From Candidatus Hodarchaeaceae archaeon (lineage in GTDB: Archaea > Hadarchaeota > Hadarchaeia > Hadarchaeales > Hadarchaeaceae): a stretch of 19,694 nucleotides of DNA. The stretch is taken from positions 1-19,694 of the forward strand of contig JASEGJ010000021.1 of NCBI GenBank assembly GCA_030018135.1, read 5' to 3'. The position numbers and the translations under genes are program-made. Below are positions 15,784 to 19,694 of this stretch, one piece after another (the first letter of the stretch is position 1; each line of letters opens with the position of its first letter). Under the pieces are notes generated by a model. That model was not told the DNA's origin and did no database searches. It saw only the letters and a list, made by a program, of their open reading frames with translations.

Positions 15784-18681
15784 ATGGTGAATTGGCGGGA
15801 GATCGACGCCAAATGGCAGCAAGCTTGGCGGCAGGCTAGGTTGTTTGAGGCGCGGCCCAATGCCGGGCCGAAATTCTATCTCACCGTGGCTTATCCCTAC
15901 GTCTCTGGGCCAATGCACGTTGGCCATGGCCGCACCTACACGGTCCCGGACATCATTGCGCGCTACAAGCGGATGCGCGGCTATAACGTGCTTTTTCCGA
16001 TGGCATATCACTTCACTGGCACGCCCATCGTCGGCGCCGCCAAACGAGTGGCGCGTCGCGAGCCGGGCTTTATCAAGGTATTAGTCGAGCGCTATGGCAT
16101 CACCGAGGAGGAGCTTCCAAAATTTGAGGAGCCGCATTATTTCGCCACTCATTTCGCGCGCGTGAGCGACCTCAGCTATCGCAGGGGGATGGAATGGTTG
16201 GGTTACTCCATAGACTGGCGTCGTGAGTTCACCACGATCGACCCGCAGTACAGCAAGTTCATCACATGGCAGTATCACAAGCTCATGGATGCTGACCTCG
16301 TTATCAAGGGTGCACATCCGGTCAAGTGGTGCCCTAGTTGTGGCAACCCCGTAACAGATCACGACCTGCTCGAGGGCGAGGGCGTTGGCATCCTCGAGTT
16401 CACGCTGCTAAAATATCGCCTGGGCGACTACGTGCTACCGGCGGCGACCCTTAGGCCCGAGACGATATTCGGCGTCACAAACCTGTGGCTCAACCCCAAC
16501 GTTAAGTATGTTTGCGCAGAGGTCGACGGCGAGCGATGGGTGGTGAGCCCGCAAGCGTTGGAGAAGCTGCGCGACCAGGGCCACGAGATCGGCGAGGTTG
16601 TGCCTCTCGCGGAATCCTTGATAGGCAAGGAGGTCGAAGTTCCTCTGACGCATAAGCGGGTGCCAGTTCTGCCAGCAAACTTCGTCGACCCTGATAACGC
16701 AACTGGCGTGGTCGGCTCGGTCCCGGCCCATGCGCCATATGATTACATTGCGTTGATAGATCTCCAGCGAAGGCCGAAGGCGCTGAGAGCATATGGCATG
16801 GACTCAACTGCAATACAGGGCCTACAGCCAATCTCGTTGATCGAGCTTCGCGGGTTCGGGGGGAGCCCCGCCGTGGACATCGTCAAGGCGATGGGCATAG
16901 GAAGCCAAATGGACCCAAGGCTCGAGGAGGCGACGGCAGAGGTTTACCGCAATGAGTTCGCGAAGGGCATCATGCGGGATTGGGTCCCAAGGTATGGTGG
17001 CATGCCCGTATCTAGGGCTAAAGTTGCCGTAAGAGATGACATGCTGGCGGGAGGGGAGGCATGTATCATGTACGAGTTTTCAGCAAAACCCGTCACCTGC
17101 AGGTGCGGCACGCGCTGCACCGTTAAGGTTGTTGAAGATCAATGGTTCCTCAACTACGCCGATGGTGCATGGAAGGAGAAGGCGCGCAAATGCTTAGAGC
17201 GAATGCACCTAGTACCCCCTGAGACGAGGGCGCAGTTTGAGCACACGATAGAGTGGTTGCACGAATGGCCCTGCACGCGGAGCATCGGCATGGGCACGCC
17301 AGCACCGTGGGATCCAAAATGGATAATTGAATCCCTAAGTGATTCCACGATCTACATGGCATACTACACGATCTCCCATATCATCAAGACGATCGATCCG
17401 AGCAAGCTCACGGACGAGGTCTTCGACCTCATTTTCTTCGGCAAAGGCGATGCGGCAGAAATCGCAAACGCCACGGGCATCGACCGGCAATTGTTGGAAA
17501 GCATGCGCATGGAGTTCGAGTTCTGGTATCCACTCGACTACCGCATGTCCGCAAACGAACTCATACCGAATCATCTGACATTCCACATATTTCACCACGC
17601 GATGATATTCCCGCCAGAGCAATGCCCGCGCGGCATAGTATCCTTCGGCATGGCCGTGCTCGAGGGGGAGAAGATGTCGTCGTCGAAGGGCAACATCATC
17701 GCGATCAACGAGGCGGTTCGCAGATATGGTGCGGATGCCGTGCGGCTTTACCTCATGTCGACCGTCGAGCCCTGGCAGGACTTCGACTGGCGCACACAAG
17801 AGGCGGACGCCATGTTGAAAAATCTTGAAAGATTTTATGCGTTGGGCGAGGAGATCATCGCACTGCCCGAAGCTAAAAGCTCAGAACTAACGCATCCGGA
17901 GCGATGGATGTTAAGCAGACTACAGGAGCATATCCGGGCTACCACGGAGGCGCTTGACGCCTTTGAAACCCGCAAAGCCGTTCAACACGCGTTCTTCTTG
18001 TTGATGCAGGACCTGCGCTGGTACGAAAAGCGCGCCCAGCAAGCAGGAGCACGCGCGCGTACGCTTAAGCAAGTGCTAGATGTTTGGGTGCGGCTGCTCG
18101 CGCCATTTGCGCCGCATGTGTGCGAGGAGCTTTGGCATAAGATGGGTCGAACCGGCTTCGTGTCGGTCGCTAACTGGCCCACCCTAGAAGCGGAGCTCAT
18201 CGACAAAAGAGCTGAATTCATCGAGGACTACCTTATGCATATCTTGGAAGATATCGGCGAAATCCTTCGGGTCACAGGCTTGGAGAAACCCAAGAGGATT
18301 TGTTTGTACGCCGCACAGGACTGGAAGTGGCAGGCGTATCGGATGGCTCTAGAGCGTGCTCGAACCGGGAAGGTCGAAGTAGGGAAGTTAATCGGGGAGG
18401 CCATGAAAGAACCCGGACTAAAGCCGCACGCTGTCGAATTGGCAAAGTACATGCAACGTGTGATTCAGGGGCTTAGGGGTATGTCTGATGAGCAGCTTGC
18501 GGCGATAGCCGCTGCCAAAGTTGATGAGCTGCAGGTGTTGATGGATGCGGCGGAATTTATACGGAAGCAATTTGATGCAGCAGAGGTGAAGGTTTTCGGG
18601 GCCGATGATCCAGCGCGCCACGACCCACAAAATCGAGCGCGACTTGCGATGCCGCTGAGGCCGGCCATCTTCGTGGAATAA
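15784..18681 (+). CDS. leuS: Leucine--tRNA ligase (archaeal/eukaryal type)
   Basis: AYPYVSGPMHVGH (HIGH), CP1 motif ATLRPETIFG and KMSSSKGN. True start is ATG 15784 after SD AGGTGAT; the upstream extension in the ORF track overlaps alaS. Confidence 0.97.
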   Translation: MVNWREIDAKWQQAWRQARLFEARPNAGPKFYLTVAYPYVSGPMHVGHGRTYTVPDIIARYKRMRGYNVLFPMAYHFTGTPIVGAAKRVARREPGFIKVLVERYGITEEELPKFEEPHYFATHFARVSDLSYRRGMEWLGYSIDWRREFTTIDPQYSKFITWQYHKLMDADLVIKGAHPVKWCPSCGNPVTDHDLLEGEGVGILEFTLLKYRLGDYVLPAATLRPETIFGVTNLWLNPNVKYVCAEVDGERWVVSPQALEKLRDQGHEIGEVVPLAESLIGKEVEVPLTHKRVPVLPANFVDPDNATGVVGSVPAHAPYDYIALIDLQRRPKALRAYGMDSTAIQGLQPISLIELRGFGGSPAVDIVKAMGIGSQMDPRLEEATAEVYRNEFAKGIMRDWVPRYGGMPVSRAKVAVRDDMLAGGEACIMYEFSAKPVTCRCGTRCTVKVVEDQWFLNYADGAWKEKARKCLERMHLVPPETRAQFEHTIEWLHEWPCTRSIGMGTPAPWDPKWIIESLSDSTIYMAYYTISHIIKTIDPSKLTDEVFDLIFFGKGDAAEIANATGIDRQLLESMRMEFEFWYPLDYRMSANELIPNHLTFHIFHHAMIFPPEQCPRGIVSFGMAVLEGEKMSSSKGNIIAINEAVRRYGADAVRLYLMSTVEPWQDFDWRTQEADAMLKNLERFYALGEEIIALPEAKSSELTHPERWMLSRLQEHIRATTEALDAFETRKAVQHAFFLLMQDLRWYEKRAQQAGARARTLKQVLDVWVRLLAPFAPHVCEELWHKMGRTGFVSVANWPTLEAELIDKRAEFIEDYLMHILEDIGEILRVTGLEKPKRICLYAAQDWKWQAYRMALERARTGKVEVGKLIGEAMKEPGLKPHAVELAKYMQRVIQGLRGMSDEQLAAIAAAKVDELQVLMDAAEFIRKQFDAAEVKVFGADDPARHDPQNRARLAMPLRPAIFVE

Positions 18682-18683
18682 AT

Positions 18684-19340
18684 ATGCTTTCGGCCGAACT
18701 AGGAAGAGCAGTTCGAGATCTGCGCTATTTGCTGGACCATGACTACCCCCGCGAGTCCGCCGTAAATTTTATAGCCAATCACTACCGCTTGGGACTCAAC
18801 GAGCGCCATTTGCTCGCCCGCTGCGTATTTTCGAGGACCGAGGTGGCGAGCCACAGGGCCAAAGCGGTCGATATTGCTGGGGTACGAGGGAAAGGCCTTG
18901 GCGTGGACGGCTACAATGTACTGATAACGGCCGAGAGCATTTTAACCGGCAAGCCTGTGGTACTATGCGACGATGGCTACGTGCGGGACTTGCGTGCGAT
19001 CTTCGGCAAGTACAAGATGTCCCCCGTAACCGCTCGCGCGCTGAAGGCCATGGTGGAGGTTATTGCCGAGGCTAGGCCAAGCAGAGTTACCATCCTACTC
19101 GATCGCCAAGTGAGTAGGAGCGGCGAACTCGCGGCGATGGTTAGGCAACACCTCAAACAAGCTGGGTTAAGGGGCGATGCTAAAACTGCGACAGGTGTAG
19201 ATCTAAGGGTAAGAGGAGGTTTCAATGTGGTGGCGAGTAGCGACCGCGCGATCATCGAACGGGCAAAAGCGGTCTGGGATCTCCCGGCCGAACTACTGCG
19301 AGATCGGGCAAATGTGCTCGACCTGACCACTTTTCGTTAA
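18684..19340 (+). CDS. DUF434 domain-containing protein (predicted PIN/NYN-like fold)
   Basis: DLRYLLDHDYP, VDGYNVLIT, DDGYVRDL, SRSGELA and ASSD. Confidence 0.85.
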   Translation: MLSAELGRAVRDLRYLLDHDYPRESAVNFIANHYRLGLNERHLLARCVFSRTEVASHRAKAVDIAGVRGKGLGVDGYNVLITAESILTGKPVVLCDDGYVRDLRAIFGKYKMSPVTARALKAMVEVIAEARPSRVTILLDRQVSRSGELAAMVRQHLKQAGLRGDAKTATGVDLRVRGGFNVVASSDRAIIERAKAVWDLPAELLRDRANVLDLTTFR

Positions 19341-19380
19341 TGTGAAATTATCAGATTTTTATAACTTTTAGGCCGGTGAA

Positions 19381-19617
19381 TTAAGCTAGCGGATGCCAAC
19401 ATGCAACATAGCGCCCCCCGCCTTTCGATACAAGGGAAGGTCGATCCTCCGTACACTCTTTGGTCGCGTAAGGACATCTCGGATGGAATCTACCGCCGGG
19501 GTTCTTTACCTCTGGTGCGGGCCTTCTCATGGTAACCGCTGCCGCTGCCACAACTGCCACTAATACGATTACTGCGATGACAATCCAACCCATTCGAGCT
19601 ATCCCTTTTTCTCCTAT
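19381..19617 (-). pseudogene. Chimeric remnant: ABC substrate-binding protein N-terminus fused to oligopeptide ABC ATPase C-terminal domain
   Basis: KGIAR plus a TM helix and PEVKNP, joined to GGRFHPRCPYA..C....P......YVACWHP. SD GGAGGT lies 7 nt before an ATA codon at 19617. Confidence 0.7.
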
Positions 19618-19694
19618 TGTACCTACCTCCTTTTGCAAGTTTAAGTCATATCACCTAATTTTCGCCGTAAAATAGTTCTTGAGATACTTCCTCA

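Noticed and set aside
17671-17694. KMSSS instead of KMSKS in LeuRS
   Set aside because: This variant is common in euryarchaeal LeuRS and does not indicate inactivation.
183-19330. Numerous antisense or alternate-frame ORFs (e.g. 183-695, 8524-9051, 9422-10027, 15208-16011, 18977-19330)
   Set aside because: Shadow ORFs of well-identified genes, with no motifs of their own.
45-19649. 10-bp inverted match ATGACTTAAA at 45-54 and 19640-19649
   Set aside because: Short and AT-rich, enclosing housekeeping genes, with no transposase or target-site duplication. Chance match.

Overview
Archaeal core-genome window. FtsZ, SepF and the gene order suggest a euryarchaeote-like lineage, but this is inference only. 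It holds a metallophosphoesterase, egsA, psmB-aCPSF1/FttA, ZPR1-sepF-PUA on the minus strand, Lsm-rpl37e, two intron-containing tRNAs (Ala-GGC, Val-GAC), the conserved dtdA-ftsZ-secE-spt5-rpl11-rpl1-rplP0-rpl12 cluster, then alaS-leuS-DUF434. secE and both tRNAs are missing from the ORF track. I found no mobile element, CRISPR array or defence island, and no clearly new multi-gene system. The points of most interest are small. (1) An 85-codon chimeric ORF joins the N-terminus of an ABC peptide-binding protein to the C-terminus of an oligopeptide ABC ATPase, apparently the scar of a deleted opp/dpp operon. (2) tRNA-Val has a non-canonical D-arm intron (23/24) with a clean BHB, and tRNA-Ala has an intron that fits 38/39 better than 37/38. 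(3) A tail-less single-OB-fold SSB gene sits between spt5 and rpl11. (4) A frameshifted Zn-ribbon remnant lies at 842-982. (5) The rpl12-alaS intergenic region is structured, with mutually exclusive pairings and a degenerate hammerhead-like core on the minus strand. (6) rpl1 contains a probable L1 autoregulatory site.
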